Shown one piece after another: positions 34,942 through 48,600 of a DNA stretch of 64,000 bases (positions are counted from its first letter, which is position 1; every line of letters begins with the position of its first letter). The translations under genes were made by a program, and so were the position numbers. Source of the stretch: Hamiltosporidium tvaerminnensis FI-OER-3-3 (Eukaryota; Fungi; Microsporidia); NCBI GenBank assembly GCA_022605425.2, contig CM061250.1, forward strand, positions 682,001 to 746,000, written 5' to 3'. The notes under the pieces are model-generated. The model was not told where the DNA came from. It made no database searches and was given only the letters and a program-made list of their open reading frames with translations.

Positions 34942-37260
34942 ATGTGCTTGATATTTTACATATTTATGAAGCTGTCTTTAACTGTAAAACTTTTTAAGAA
35001 AACACATATGAATGGATTTAATTTAATGTATGTCGAAGATATAAATGTTTTTATCAGCAAAAAATCAATTTGTGGATTTTGTATATCATCTGATGAATAC
35101 GGTTTTTGTTCTGAAGAAAACAACATTTTGAAAATATGTAAAGGTGTACATTTTTTTTCGCGACACCAATTTATATGTCCAAATAGGAATGGAAACAAAA
35201 AGCATTTCAAACTTACCACAATTATGATTTCTTTTCCAAATAATATTTGTTTGAAACCATCTCCAAATAGGTTATTTTTAATTTCAAAAGTTCCAAAAAG
35301 AATTTATTTGCATCAAAATTTATATTCGATAGATTTTAAATATTGCTTGAAGACTTTTTCTGATTTCGACTATATGATTGCAAACCTTACAATCTATAAA
35401 TTCTTAGATCTGATATATTTTTCATACATTATTGATATCTATAAAGACAAAAACTTTTATAAAGTTCTTAAAAGTTACATGATTCATATACCTGGAAATA
35501 TACTGTACCATGGTATCAGTCAAGTTATATTGTATAAAGAAAGAATCGATTCTACTTATTTTGAATGGATAATTTCTAGGATGCTAGATGCATATTTTGA
35601 AGTTAATTTTTTTTGTGTAAAAAATAGAAAAAACCTTAAAGGTATATTCGACAAAAAAGCAATCGAGGAAGATCAGAAACTTAAGATTACTGGTAAAATA
35701 TTAAAGAAAATGCACGATTACATATTAAGAGGTAACGAATGGACAAAATTGTATTTTTTATTTCATTTCAAAAACATAACAAGTATATATTTAAATGATT
35801 TGCATTTAGTCGATACAAAAAAAATATCTTGCTTTAATAAATTATTTTCAAACCCGATTTACTCGATAGTAATTGGTTATACAGACAAAATTGGGTTAAT
35901 TTTACTTAATTTGAGGCGTATAAAAGTCTTTAAAGAAATTAAAAAATTAGAAATACAAAATTCATTTTTGACAAAAAATAATCTACGACTTCTCGATTGG
36001 TTTACGGCTTTGGAACATTTAGTGTTACTTGATATATCTATAAAGCATAAGAATCTTTTTTTTCCAAAATACTTGAGCGGTAAATTAATTAATCTAAAAG
36101 TTTTGGATATTAGCGCATCTTCTATGAATTTAAATACAAATTTTTGTGAAATTTTTACAGGTCTTCAGAGTCTTTATATATCAGTAAAGAAAACGAGCGA
36201 TTATAGAACTTTCGAAAATCTAATATTTCCTTCGAAATATTATTTGCTCTTGAGAAAAATATCGATATGTTTTACTAATGTAAGCCTCATGAATTTCTTC
36301 AAAAAAATAGAAAGCTTTGAAAATATAGAAAAGATTGTGATTAAATCACTACATATCGAAGAAATAAATTTATTTATAGGTATAAATAACCAAAAATATG
36401 CTTTGATTCTTAAAACGCTACATATTCGTAATTTTAATTTAGGATACCGTGAACTCTTTCTTATCTATAAATTCCAAAATCTTAAGTCACTTATTTTGGA
36501 AAATTGTATTTTTTTGTATGATAATTATCAGTCCTTTTCAGATTTCCAGCAAAATAATTCCCTTGAACATCTGACAATCAACAGTTGTATCGATCCACTC
36601 CATTTTTTTTCATCGATAGAATTTTATAAAAACCTTAAGGTCTTGAATATCGAAAATAATATATTATACAAGATTAGTAAAAGAATTGTCATTGATGTTC
36701 ACGATCTACCAAAACTGAAAAAAATTTCTCTGAATAGTGGAAATTTCACCATTATTCACATTAAATTCGGAGAAAAAAACACCGAATTAAGAGAATTAGA
36801 ATTACCTGCTTGTAATTTACCAGAAAATTCGTTTTACAACATTTCTTTTAATATGCATATTTTAAATGGTATTAGATCATTTTCATATTTCAAAAACAAT
36901 TTATCTTTATACGATCTTTATTGCGTTTCTTTTATGAATAACTGTAATTTTTTTGATATTTCTTGTTGTATATTTCATGACTGTAGATTCTCTGACATTT
37001 TTACTGTCAATAAAACATATAAAATTTCAGAACTTTATATTTTTGGTTTAAACTTAAACAATCCTGATATTTTTGCGATAAGAAATTTAAAACTATTAAC
37101 ACATATATGTATATCCATAGATTTAATTCCATCTTCAGCAATATATTTATTTAAATATAAATATTTTGAACGATTACAATCGCTTGATTTATCAAATAAC
37201 GTTATCCAACGAAGAATAAGAGATTATTTAATAGAAGAATTCGGCAACATTTTAGTATAA
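34942..37260 (+). CDS. Leucine-rich-repeat protein of an expanded microsporidian family, putative N-terminal signal sequence
   Basis: 772-aa ORF with repeated LxxLxL/I motifs (IKKLEIQN, LKVLDIS, LKSLILENC, LEHLTINSC, LRELELPAC, LQSLDLSNN). Two paralogues in the window. Confidence 0.88.
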   Translation: MCLIFYIFMKLSLTVKLFKKTHMNGFNLMYVEDINVFISKKSICGFCISSDEYGFCSEENNILKICKGVHFFSRHQFICPNRNGNKKHFKLTTIMISFPNNICLKPSPNRLFLISKVPKRIYLHQNLYSIDFKYCLKTFSDFDYMIANLTIYKFLDLIYFSYIIDIYKDKNFYKVLKSYMIHIPGNILYHGISQVILYKERIDSTYFEWIISRMLDAYFEVNFFCVKNRKNLKGIFDKKAIEEDQKLKITGKILKKMHDYILRGNEWTKLYFLFHFKNITSIYLNDLHLVDTKKISCFNKLFSNPIYSIVIGYTDKIGLILLNLRRIKVFKEIKKLEIQNSFLTKNNLRLLDWFTALEHLVLLDISIKHKNLFFPKYLSGKLINLKVLDISASSMNLNTNFCEIFTGLQSLYISVKKTSDYRTFENLIFPSKYYLLLRKISICFTNVSLMNFFKKIESFENIEKIVIKSLHIEEINLFIGINNQKYALILKTLHIRNFNLGYRELFLIYKFQNLKSLILENCIFLYDNYQSFSDFQQNNSLEHLTINSCIDPLHFFSSIEFYKNLKVLNIENNILYKISKRIVIDVHDLPKLKKISLNSGNFTIIHIKFGEKNTELRELELPACNLPENSFYNISFNMHILNGIRSFSYFKNNLSLYDLYCVSFMNNCNFFDISCCIFHDCRFSDIFTVNKTYKISELYIFGLNLNNPDIFAIRNLKLLTHICISIDLIPSSAIYLFKYKYFERLQSLDLSNNVIQRRIRDYLIEEFGNILV

Positions 37261-37752
37261 TTGTATATTCTATCAGTAAATGTCTAAATCTCGGCAGTTA
37301 ATTAAATTTATTTATTTCTAAATATTCTATTTTTCTTATATTTACGATTCTAAAATTATTTTTAGAAGTATTGAAGAAAAACAAATTTTAAATTGAACTA
37401 CATTGCTCAAATTAAGATATCAAAAACATGACTTTAATAGTTTAAAGGCATATCTTCTTAAAACACATGAGTTTAATTTTAACCTATAAAAACACCGATT
37501 GATAATTGGGGCCACAACTTATTTAATATCTAAACCCATATTTTTTGAGAATTTTAAAACCCATTTTGCCCGCATATAAAAAGAAATAGGTGCAATAGCC
37601 GAGATTCAAACCAAAAATATTTATTTGTTTTTAATACTCTATTTCTTGAAATATTCATTCTTTTCTAATTCATATTTTTATTTCCGAATTTTCTTTATAG
37701 TTAATACTAATTGATTTGGAATTTAAAATATATTCTATTTTATTTGTATCAA

Positions 37753-37914
37753 AACACCCCTTATTTCAGAAGAAGGAACCACGTAAGAGGAACCGACGAT
37801 AAATATAAATGAAGAGTCGGATTTGGAAGAAGAAACAACAGTGGTAAAAGAGGTAGAAGAAAATGCATAAAAATCGTAAAAACTATTTTAACCCAGAATT
37901 TTATTAAATAAAAA
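37753..37914 (+). mobile_element. 5'-truncated 162-bp copy of the RT-RLE LINE with 11-bp TSD
   Basis: Reverse complement of ~771-930 (TPLIS...EESDLEEET). ATTTGTATCAA at 37742-37752 and 37915-37925. Confidence 0.92.
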
Positions 37915-40900
37915 ATTTGTATCAAGGGTTTAAAAAATAATTTAAATTCTATTTGTTTGGAATCTAATGTTTTATTATATTAATTTATTTCTTACTTGAA
38001 CCTTCGATTAACCAAAAAATGTTTTAAGATTAGGTAGCGTCAAACGACAAAATTATTTATATAATTTATCAAATAATTTTATGCAAAAGCTCTAATGATA
38101 ACTTTTAAATATCAATGGTTTACGTTTTTCAACTGATAGATTATTTGTTATGCCTGATGTGAAAAAATAGATTTTGTTTTTATAATATTTCTCAAAATTT
38201 ATTTAAAGTTTATCACATATGATTCTACTTAACTCATGTATTTCTCGGTGTTTTACGATTATAATTGAACTATACCTGCAAAATTTTTTAATCGATGCAT
38301 TTTTAAGGTGTTTGACATGTTTTTATTCAAAGCTTAAATATTGTAAGAAGCAGCTCCTAGATTTACAAAGAATAAATGTTTTTTTTATCAAACCTCAACT
38401 CGCTCATTGGCGCAGAAGGCTATTAGGCAACTCCGAGTATTGACACACAAAATATCACAAAAACATACTTTATGTTGATTTCAAAAATATTGTTTTTAAT
38501 CTTTTTATATACTCGTCTCAGCTCCGTTATTAAATCGAATGCCTTGTTTTAATTCTTTATACTTGTGTGTTTTATTCAACTATTCTGAGTTTTTAGGCAT
38601 GGAATAATGCGTTAATTCGTTTTTTTATTTCTTAATATTATATACAGTTACTCCTAAATCCGTGAAAGGATCTTAATTAACATTTCTAGGAATAAATGCG
38701 AACAAAGGTGATATAAAAAAAATAACACAAATCTGTATTTTAAAATGTTATTATCGATCTAGAGCTTATAGAATACCATGCCAAATCGTATAAGATTCGG
38801 AACCTGATAATATACAAAAATATAATATTTTTTTCTCAAATTGTCTTGCTTTCTGATAAGAATGAAGTAAAAAATGACGGTTGGTTATCTGTTAGTTACA
38901 GAAAATTTATTTTGTTCGAAAAGAAAACTTAAGTTAAAAAAAATTTGTTCCGGATAGGACTAGATATACTTTTAACGATTAAATAGCCAGCTTGTAGTAG
39001 AAATATATTAAATTAAAAGAATACAACGACAATTTATCCTACATAAATCCAAATAATCACACAATTAGAAGATTTTTAGTTTAGATAATAGAGCTAAAAA
39101 TAAAGCTATGATGAAAAATTAATAATTGGCACGAATATTCAAGAATCCTAGCTAAATCAGTAAAAAACCGCTTTTAATAAAAGTAAAGATTAAATAGGAT
39201 TTAAAAAGACATTAAATATAATGTAATAACTTTCATAACTTAAACTAAATGTATCAAGGCTTTGTCAAAAAATCAAATGCCTGAAATATTGCTTGAATAT
39301 AGTTTATGTTTATTATGTATTCCACAGAACTCAACTAATGCCTATTAATCAAAAACATGATATAGTGTCGTTTTGTTTTATCTAATTGTCTAATCTATAT
39401 GAAAATACAAGAATACGTTCCTTGTGCGATTTTCGTTGATTTTTTAATTTATTTATCAATTTTTTCTGACTTACCGTTTCTATAAGACTTTTATATTCTC
39501 TATGCTCGTCTTTAGATTATTATAATAGAAACACGCAAACTTTTATTGTTAATTTAGATCCTTCGTTTTCCTTATTACATTGTCAATCTTTAAGTTGCAT
39601 GGATTAGAATGAAACATATTAATATTATCAGAGAAAATTCGATCAGATAAAGAATTCAATTCAAAGTTAATTTAAATATGTTTAGTCACGTGTTTTGTAT
39701 TTTTAAAAATTTTTATATTTTTAATTCTAAATACTGAAAAGGTATCATACATTAATAAATGGTAAAAAAATCATTAGAGAGGTATAAATCAAGGGAAGGA
39801 AATGGATACAGATTAAAAATAAAATTTACACATATTTTAGTGCAACATTTTTCTTCTAAATTTCTCTATGCTAAAACTATTTTTAATTTTTTTATATTGT
39901 AGATTCATTTTTATCATTTTCTTAACTGTAATTTTGTTTATTTAGGTAATTTCCCTTAATACAATTGAAATTTTATTAAAATTTTTAAATTGTTGCAAAA
40001 TGGTTATTTTTCATCGAAACCGTGTGATTTACCTGCCGAAAAGCACGAATTTAAATTTTTATCGTATAAATAGCTTATCTGTTGTGTCAATTTCTATATT
40101 TTACCTTTAGGCGAATATAATTACCAAAGTAGAAAGTTTTTTTAAGCAAAACGCCATTTAACATAAATAATTCAAAAATTATTATAAAGTAAAGTTTAAA
40201 CTTTAATTTGAGACATAGAAAGATTTATATCATAACATAGTTTTATTATAAATGTTTCTATTCAGTTTGACCGTAGACCTTTAAAAAAATCATTCTAAGA
40301 TGTTTTTTTAATAATAAGCTACAATACTTAAGTTAAAGGTTGACAAATACATTTGTGATTTATAAATCCCTAATGTATTCAAGTTTTTTTTACTAAAACG
40401 GTATTTGTGTTTAATTATCATATTAAGTGGACATAAAAATTAAGGATAAAAAAGAAGGTATTTTACTCAATCGATTCCATTTTTAAACATTTCAAAAACA
40501 TTCTACTGCACATATTATCTCTGTTCACTATTTCTCAGCTAAAATAGTACAGGCTAATTTAAAAGTTAGAAGCACTCTCGTATTCAGAGACAAACAAATT
40601 TTAAATGACAAAACAAACATAAGAAGAATATCCGTAACCTTAGTAAAAGAAAATTCAACTCTTGATATCGCAAAAAATGTTATTGATGATATTTAATCCC
40701 TTTTAGGATGCATTGTTAAGATTTTAAGAAGATGGAGAAATGAATCTAATAGAAAAATTAATCAATCAATTATAGAAAAACGAGTTCAATCGATTTCCTA
40801 AGCTTAAATAATTATTTTAACGAGTCATATACTAAGGTCATTACATAAATGAATAAAATTTCATCACGAATTTACTCCAGATTATTCGAATCGAATTGTA

Positions 40901-42050
40901 TTTCGAGACTAAAAAAACCATAATTTACACTTATATAAGCACTCCTCGTATAAATTTTCACTTCAATATATTTTCTGAGCGAATTATTTAGAATTTCTGT
41001 AGTTCGGTAGGGAATGAATCATACAAATAAAAAGTTAAAAACCTGCTTTGAGCTTTTCAATTCAGAAATTATAATCAAATCGGACGCACACATAACTATA
41101 TTTGTAAATAGATAGCTTGCCATGCAATATCTTTAAAACTTCTAGAATTAAAATGATTTGTTGCAAATGCAAGTTCCACCTCCCACGTTCAAAAATTAAT
41201 GATATTAAGATGTTTGTATCAAAAAATATCTTGGCGGCATAGTTCGAAAAGAAAACAAACAGTTTTTTATTATAAAGAATTCAAAAGAACCATCGAGGGT
41301 TTCTGATTAAGCTAAGGATTCGGTATGTTTGGTTCCAAAGCCCTCTTTTCATCAAGAGTTGTAAATTTTATTCTTCTGCAAGCGGAAGATTTATTGAAAG
41401 AAATATATATCATTTGAGTTTTCAATATAAATTATCGATTTTCTTGGCTCGGATTTCCGAATTTTTTCCAAACAGTGAATTAATATGTTATCTAAATTTT
41501 ACAATATCTCATAATTGGATGCCACATCTGAATATAAAATTAGACAGTATTCGGATATATTTAAATCTCATATATTTTAATGAAAACTTAAAAATTCAGA
41601 CTAATGATTTTTTCATTTTGTAGCTTTGTTTATGTTTCATCCTTTATAAATTTAAAAATTTTGTGAAAAATTTAAGCCTATAAAAATCTCAGATTTAAAT
41701 TTTACCACTATTGCAATTTAAAATTCAAAATTAAATAAAAGAACCGGTGAAAATTATAAAAAGCACCTTTAGTTTTAATTCAAATATTATTATCTCCAAG
41801 ACTCTTCAGTCGATATAAATTCGAGTAAGAACCGAAATATATAATCTTTCTTTACAAACCTAACGACCCAAATCAGGGATCATTAAAATATTTGGTATTA
41901 GTTCAATTCTTTATATTCATAACTTATCTATAAAAATTTTAGTAAAAAGTGTTGAACCTTCCTTTTGAAACAAATTATCCTTATCGAGATTGATAATAAT
42001 ATATTTTAGATTAGATCAATGTAATATATTTTCTGCTGCATTTCAAATTT

Positions 42051-44313
42051 AATGAACCCAGTGATTTTTATGGGCATCTAGTTCTTTGTGCAAATACACG
42101 CTTCCAATAAAACTAGGCTGAAAGGATTTTATTTGATGTATGTTGAGAAGATAAATAATCACGAAATTATAAATACGGGTGGAAACAGGGGTATAATGCC
42201 AGACAAATATGCTCTTATTCCTAAGAAAGCAAAATTTAAAAATATGCAAAGGACTCGCTTTTCCATGTAAAGTCAATTTATATGTCTAAATGAAAAACAA
42301 ATTTTCAATAGTATGAATTTCTCTTCAAAAATATTTTTTTGTAACTATCGATTAATAATTTATTGAATGTTTCGTCGAGTCAAAAAAGGTGTATTTGAAT
42401 CAAAATTTGTAGTCGATAGATTTTAAATATTGCTTAAAAACCTTTTCCGATTTAGACTATGTGATTTCACAACCTTCAATTCATAAAAGTTAAATCTGAT
42501 ATACTTCGCATTTATTTTAAATCTATAAAGAAAACAAATTTTAAAACTTCTTAAGAGTTACTTGATTTATATACCTGCAAATATACTGTACAATTGGATC
42601 AATCATGTTATATTGTATAAAGAAGATTCCATTTTACTTATTTCAAATGGTTAATTTCTAGAATGCGCGATGTATATTTTAACTTAAATGTTTTTGTGTT
42701 ACAAATAAAAAATGATAAAACGATATAGTCGACAAAAAAGGAATCGAAGAAGACCAGAAACTTAAGATTGCAGGTAACATTATAAAGAAAATGCACGATT
42801 ACACCTTCATAGAGAACGATTAGACAAAGTTACATTTTTTTATTTTATTTCAAAAATATAACAAGTATATCTTTAAATGATTTGCATTCAATCGATACAT
42901 AAAAAATTTGTCTAAAAAAAATACTTTCAAAAGGTATTCAAACAGTCAAAATTGGGTTAATTCTACTGAATTTACAAATGTTAATGGTTTTTAAAGAAAT
43001 TAAAACGATGGAAATCTCGAAAACTTTCTTCACCGTAGATAACATGCGACTTCTTGATGCATTTCCTTACTTAGAACATCTAGTACGGTGTGATATATCG
43101 ATAAAACATCAAAATATTTTCTTCCCAAACCATTTGATAGAAAAATAACGAATCTAAATACTTTGGATATTAGCGTATCTTCTATAAATTTACATACAGA
43201 TTTTTGTGAATTCGTTCGGAATATAAAGCAAATTTATTTGGTTATAAAAGAAACATGCGATTTTAATGATTTAGAGGTTTTAGCAGTTTCTTCATAATAT
43301 TATTCAATTCTTAGAAAAATTTCTTTAAATTTTAAATCAATGAGTTTTAGAGATTTCTTCTCTAAATTAGCAAATTTTGAAAAGTAAAAGAAATAACGAT
43401 TAAAGCGCAAGAGGTATATCAATCCTTATCTTTTTTACGAAAAAATATACAGAACTTTAATCCGACTGTTTAAAAAGCTACTTGTTTAATTTCTATTTTG
43501 GGTGCCATGAGCTTCTGTTGATATATAATTTAAGAAATTAAAAATCACTTATTTTAAAGAACTGTACTTTCTTATACTCGAACATAATTTGTTTATCAAA
43601 AATCAAATTCATTGATAAACGGGAAAACCCAAATATAGAATATTTCAAAAACACATATCATATATTTCAACCATAAAAATTTATAAAAATCTAAAAATTT
43701 TAAACTTTGAAAATAATTTTATATCTAATCATACAGAATCTTAACTCTTGATGTTCATAAGCATAGAAAAATACAAACAATATTTTTCACTCCAAACAAA
43801 TCAGGTAAATTTTTGATTCTATTCGGCAAAAAATATATGTAATTAAGAAAATTTCAATGCAGTAATTGTAATTTACCTTCAATTTTTTTTTATAAATCAT
43901 CTATAAATGTGAATTTGTTGCAAAATACAACATTATTTTCATATTTTAGGAATCTTTTGATGGAAAATGATTTACTTTGCTTATCTTTATTGACAAATTG
44001 TAGGTTTTTAGATATTTCTTGCTGTGTATTTGAAAAATGTAGATTTTCTGATATTTTTGTGGCAAATAAATTCTACAAAATAAAGCAGCTTTTTGTTTTT
44101 GGGAATAGTATTGATAAATCTGATGTTTTCGCAATACGAAATCTAAAATTTCTTTATTATTTAAATATATCACAAGCTGTTTTATTGCTGACTTTATTTA
44201 TTATTTTAATAGAAAGTATTTTAAAGCTTGTAAACTTTTGATTTTTGTGAATACGATATTCCGCTAGTTTTACGAAATTTTATAAAATGGAATTCGGCCA
44301 TATATTGTATTAA
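42051..44313 (+). pseudogene. LRR-family pseudogene (paralogue of 34942-37260)
   Basis: Collinear homology along the full length (GFYLMYVE, IDFKYCLKTFSD, EEDQKLKI, FLDISCC, FAIRNLK, EFGHIL) with numerous stops and frameshifts. Confidence 0.88.
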
Positions 44314-45019
44314 TCACGTTTTACTTTTTTATAAAAAAATGGAATGAATAGCGCAAAATATTTATTTCTTATAAATACGCAATATTAATTAAGCAATCCT
44401 TATCAAAATAAATAATCACTAAAATGCCATATTTTTAAATGAAAATTGAAATTCTTATTTTATGTAGACTAGATTGAATTTAAACCTCTGTTTTAAACTC
44501 TTTTTATTCTAAAACAAACAAAATACCATATTCGTTTATATATCAATATACTCAAAAAACTACATACAAAGTTATATCAGCAAAAATTCTGATCTTAAAT
44601 AACTTTTTTCTTTCATTAGACGAGTTTATAAAATTTTCGCTCGCTTTACCGATACTAAGAAATTTGTTTTTTTGATGAACTTTCATTTAAACAATTTATG
44701 AATTCTTTTTGAATTATGTTTTTTAGTGTTCAAGACATATTTGACAAAGGTTTTATATTAAAATGCAAAATATAAGCACCCATCATTTAGAAAACCTCAC
44801 GGATTTGATTTTGTTTTTTTTAAAATAATTTTAAGATTTTGTAAAAATATAATGTAAGTATTTAATATTGCAAAAATTTAATGATTTCGGAGGAAATTGT
44901 TTTTCTTAAAAATCTAATGGTGAATGCTATTACTACAAAATAAATGATTAAATTCTGATATAAAAGACAACTTATTCTGAAATCTTATATAATATATTGT
45001 TTTGAAATTAATCTAATTT

Positions 45020-45670
45020 AGGAAATACTTGAGGAAAGATGAGGAATAAAAATTTCTGATTATTCGAGCCAATATATCCATATATTTTTTGACGAAAAGA
45101 GAAACAAAAAGATAATTCTGATTAGGCAAGGTATTACTACCCAAGATTTATTTAAAGTTGTTTAAACTTAAAAACGAGGAAATACAGCCTAATCGTCAAT
45201 GATTTGAGTCTTATTTATGGGTGTGGTGTAGAGATATATCATATGTGATAACCTGAGACGGAATTTCAACAATATACCATAAGATGAATCCTATATTTAT
45301 CTATGAATCTGTTGTTTTATTTTCTATCGGAATTTTTGAAAATACCAAAGCGATTGCTTTTGTTCGACAAAGAGGACTTGAATTCGAACAAAATTCTGAA
45401 GAGAACTGGAGATTGAATCCACATATATTGTAAAAGAAGTGAATTTATGAAAATAATATAATTCTGTGGTGTCCACCTAGTAACATGGAAGAAGATGTTT
45501 AACAAGTAAATAAAAACAACGTTAAGTCTTTTCAGGCTTAGGAACCACATTACTGAACCGAAAATACTTACACCACAAAAACCAAATTCGGTAAAAATAT
45601 GTAAAGTGGTTAGACCGATAGAAGAGAATACTAAAAAGTGTAAAACATATTTACAGAACATTTTTTCTAA
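45020..45670 (+). mobile_element. Old diverged 3' remnant (RLE domain) related to the RT-RLE LINE
   Basis: Fragments GITTQDLFKVV, LIVNDLSLIYGCGVEI, YVIT*DGISTIYHK and AIAFVRQRGLEFEQNSEENW parallel GITSQDSLQIV, LLANELGLIYKCSVEI, YVMTWDGIVTKYHK and TISFDRRRGLESGLNAEESW in ORF 812-1588. Confidence 0.8.
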
Positions 45671-48600
45671 TATATATAATTTAGGAATTAAAATATAACA
45701 ATATTACAATTTTTGTCTTTAATATTTATATGTAATCATAAATAATCATTCGATGTGGGTTTCACGGACGATTAATACCTCAAAACTCGATACCCGTACT
45801 AAAGAAAGAGAATTTTTAACCGCGATATTTATATTATTTTTTTTACAAATACAAATAAGTGGTCTTTGAAAGCACAAAAATGATATATAGTTAAAAAAAT
45901 GGGTTTAAATATATAAGGCTAATAGTCTGAAACTTTAAATATGAGAAAAATTAAAAATGAACAAACATGAAGCTACAAATATTTGTCAATTACAAAAGAC
46001 AAGAAAATTATTATATGATAATTTATATTTAATTTCTTCCGAACCTTAGAGGTTGGAACTTAAAGCTGGGATTAATTTTTCTACTTCAATATTTCACTTA
46101 TTAAATTTCTTTCCCTTAATATATTTTTATAGCCGCATTAAATGCTGTCTTTACATTTTTAAATCCGAATCTTTATTTATGTTTATTTTCATACACTTCA
46201 AATGGGGAAACTATAAAGAATGAAAAGTAAAATATTTTTAATAGTTCTAACACCATATTCTTCGTTAGTTGCTTGCTTGGTTCCCATAAAAGTTCTATAG
46301 GTCATTTGGGCATTTTGTGGTCTTCAACAAGACTCAAGATACTCATCCGAGATCCAATAGCATTAGATTTTGACTCAAAACACTATAATCGAACGAAAAA
46401 GGTTAGCATATATTTTGAGAACTATAAATTGAATACAATCATTATTTATTGGTATTTTCGGCTTACCTGTGTGGATTTATGCAAGTGGCTGCTATGTTAT
46501 TTCGATTATCACATATGAGATAATCCACAAAAAAAGGGAGCTAAAACTTGACTATAAAGTTGTAATTATTTGTTTTCCTTTTTAATATATAAAGCAAAGT
46601 ATTTAGAAGTAATTTTGACTCCCGTATATACAACCTATTCAATTTCTTATAGAAAATATAGATGCGGGCTTTATACGGAATGCAAAAATCAGTTTAAAAA
46701 TGTGATCTTACTTTAATTTCGTTCTTCTTTCTCAAGCATTTCTTAAACCTCGCAAAATACGATTTTTTTTGTATATCTAAATTTGTGTTAGTAAAAAATA
46801 ACGGAGAAAGGCCTATCTATCCGTCTCGTTTTTTCGCTTATAAAATGTATCTTTTGTATTATTCTGCACCTATTGTCTAAATCTACAATTAAATTGCTAA
46901 TCTTTTTTTCAATCTCCAATTCCTAAGTAAGTTTACAAGAAATAAAAAATTACAGTTCTGAATGAAAATTTAATGTTTTTTTGGCTTTTCTTTATAATGT
47001 GTACTAATAATCTTTGAATTTGAGCTAAATACAAGTTTTAATGCATATTTCATATTTTATTATCAAGTAAAGTTTTATAAAAAACTTTAAATGTCCTTTT
47101 TTATTGATATATGTCTATAAAATCTACTCTAGTACAATATTTACGAATCAAGAAAAAAAATCAGTATTTTTTTTAAAAAGTAACATTTATTTTGTATCTA
47201 TATTCTACAATCATCCTATATATGCCTAATAAAATTTCAACATACATTTAATAGCAAATAAAATCAAAACAATTTCGTTATCATTTTATCTCCATTTTTC
47301 TAATTTTAAAATTGCAAGAAAAAAAATTACTTCGTTTCCATTGATACATACCTAAATATATTTCTACATATCAATATGATAGAAAAAAGGTGTGATTATC
47401 CATAAATAATATTTAATTTCCTATTTTTAGCATTGTAGGTATATGGCTTACTATTCATAGAAGAAACAAATGAATCTGGAAGAAATAACTGCCCAGAACA
47501 TAACTTTCTAAGATCTCTCTGAGTTTTGATAATTGTTATAAAACATTTAACTTTGACTTTATATATTGTTTTGATACTATAAAAAACACGAAAAGTCTAT
47601 TCCAAGTTAATTCGCGTTATAACTAGGACCAGACGTTTCTTCAAATAGGAATATTTTTTTCCTAAAGTACTATTGAATTGAATAATATAAATTTATTGTG
47701 GTTTATGAAGCTTTTTTAGAATATTAAAAAATAATAATTTCCATATTTGTTCGGTATGAAATTTTTCATTTTTTATAAATTCTTTACATTTTATTTATTT
47801 TGTTTTAAAGTTAAACCTTTATACATTAAATCATTTGAGATTCATAGGAGTTTGATTCTCTGAATCAATAAAACTGCGAATTACAAAGAAACAAAAATAT
47901 AAAGTTGTGTCTGAATTTTTACTAAAATTTGGAATATCATTTATTAAGAAATTTTCATTTTCAATAGTAAGTGTTTTATAGAACAAAATCTATTGCAAGC
48001 AAAACTTTAACCTCTTTCGCGGCCTAAAATGCTTGTGTAGTTTGGAACACCCTTTTTTAAAACCTTTTAAAATAATGCCTTTGTGTTCTATTTATTTCTC
48101 ATTTGATTGATATCATCTCTCGGTATCAAACTTTACCAATTTCACTATTCATACCACCTTAACAATTTATTCGTAAAAAATAACTTAGTACGTGTTTAAT
48201 GTGAACTTTAATCAAATTAAATTTATTTAGATTTTTTTTACTTTGTTTCTGGGCTTGTTTTGTTAACCTTTGCAACTAAAAAGTACTATAAACTTGTAGA
48301 TATCTCCACTAGACTACTTCGAGAACGTATAATTTTCTTTATAGCTTTAATTTTTTTAAACTTTTCTTTGTAAATCCACATTTCATATATAAATAAATAT
48401 ATAATAACTACAATGTCAAAGAAAATTGGTTTTAAAAACAGATGAGAAAATTAAAAACAAGCAGAATTTTTAAATTCATTAACTATATAATATTGTATGA
48501 ATTAGATCGATAAATCAATATAAATGATCAGTATTACTGGATTCCTAGTGTTATCAAACATATACGTATATAGTCAATATGAATGAAACGAAAAAAGACC

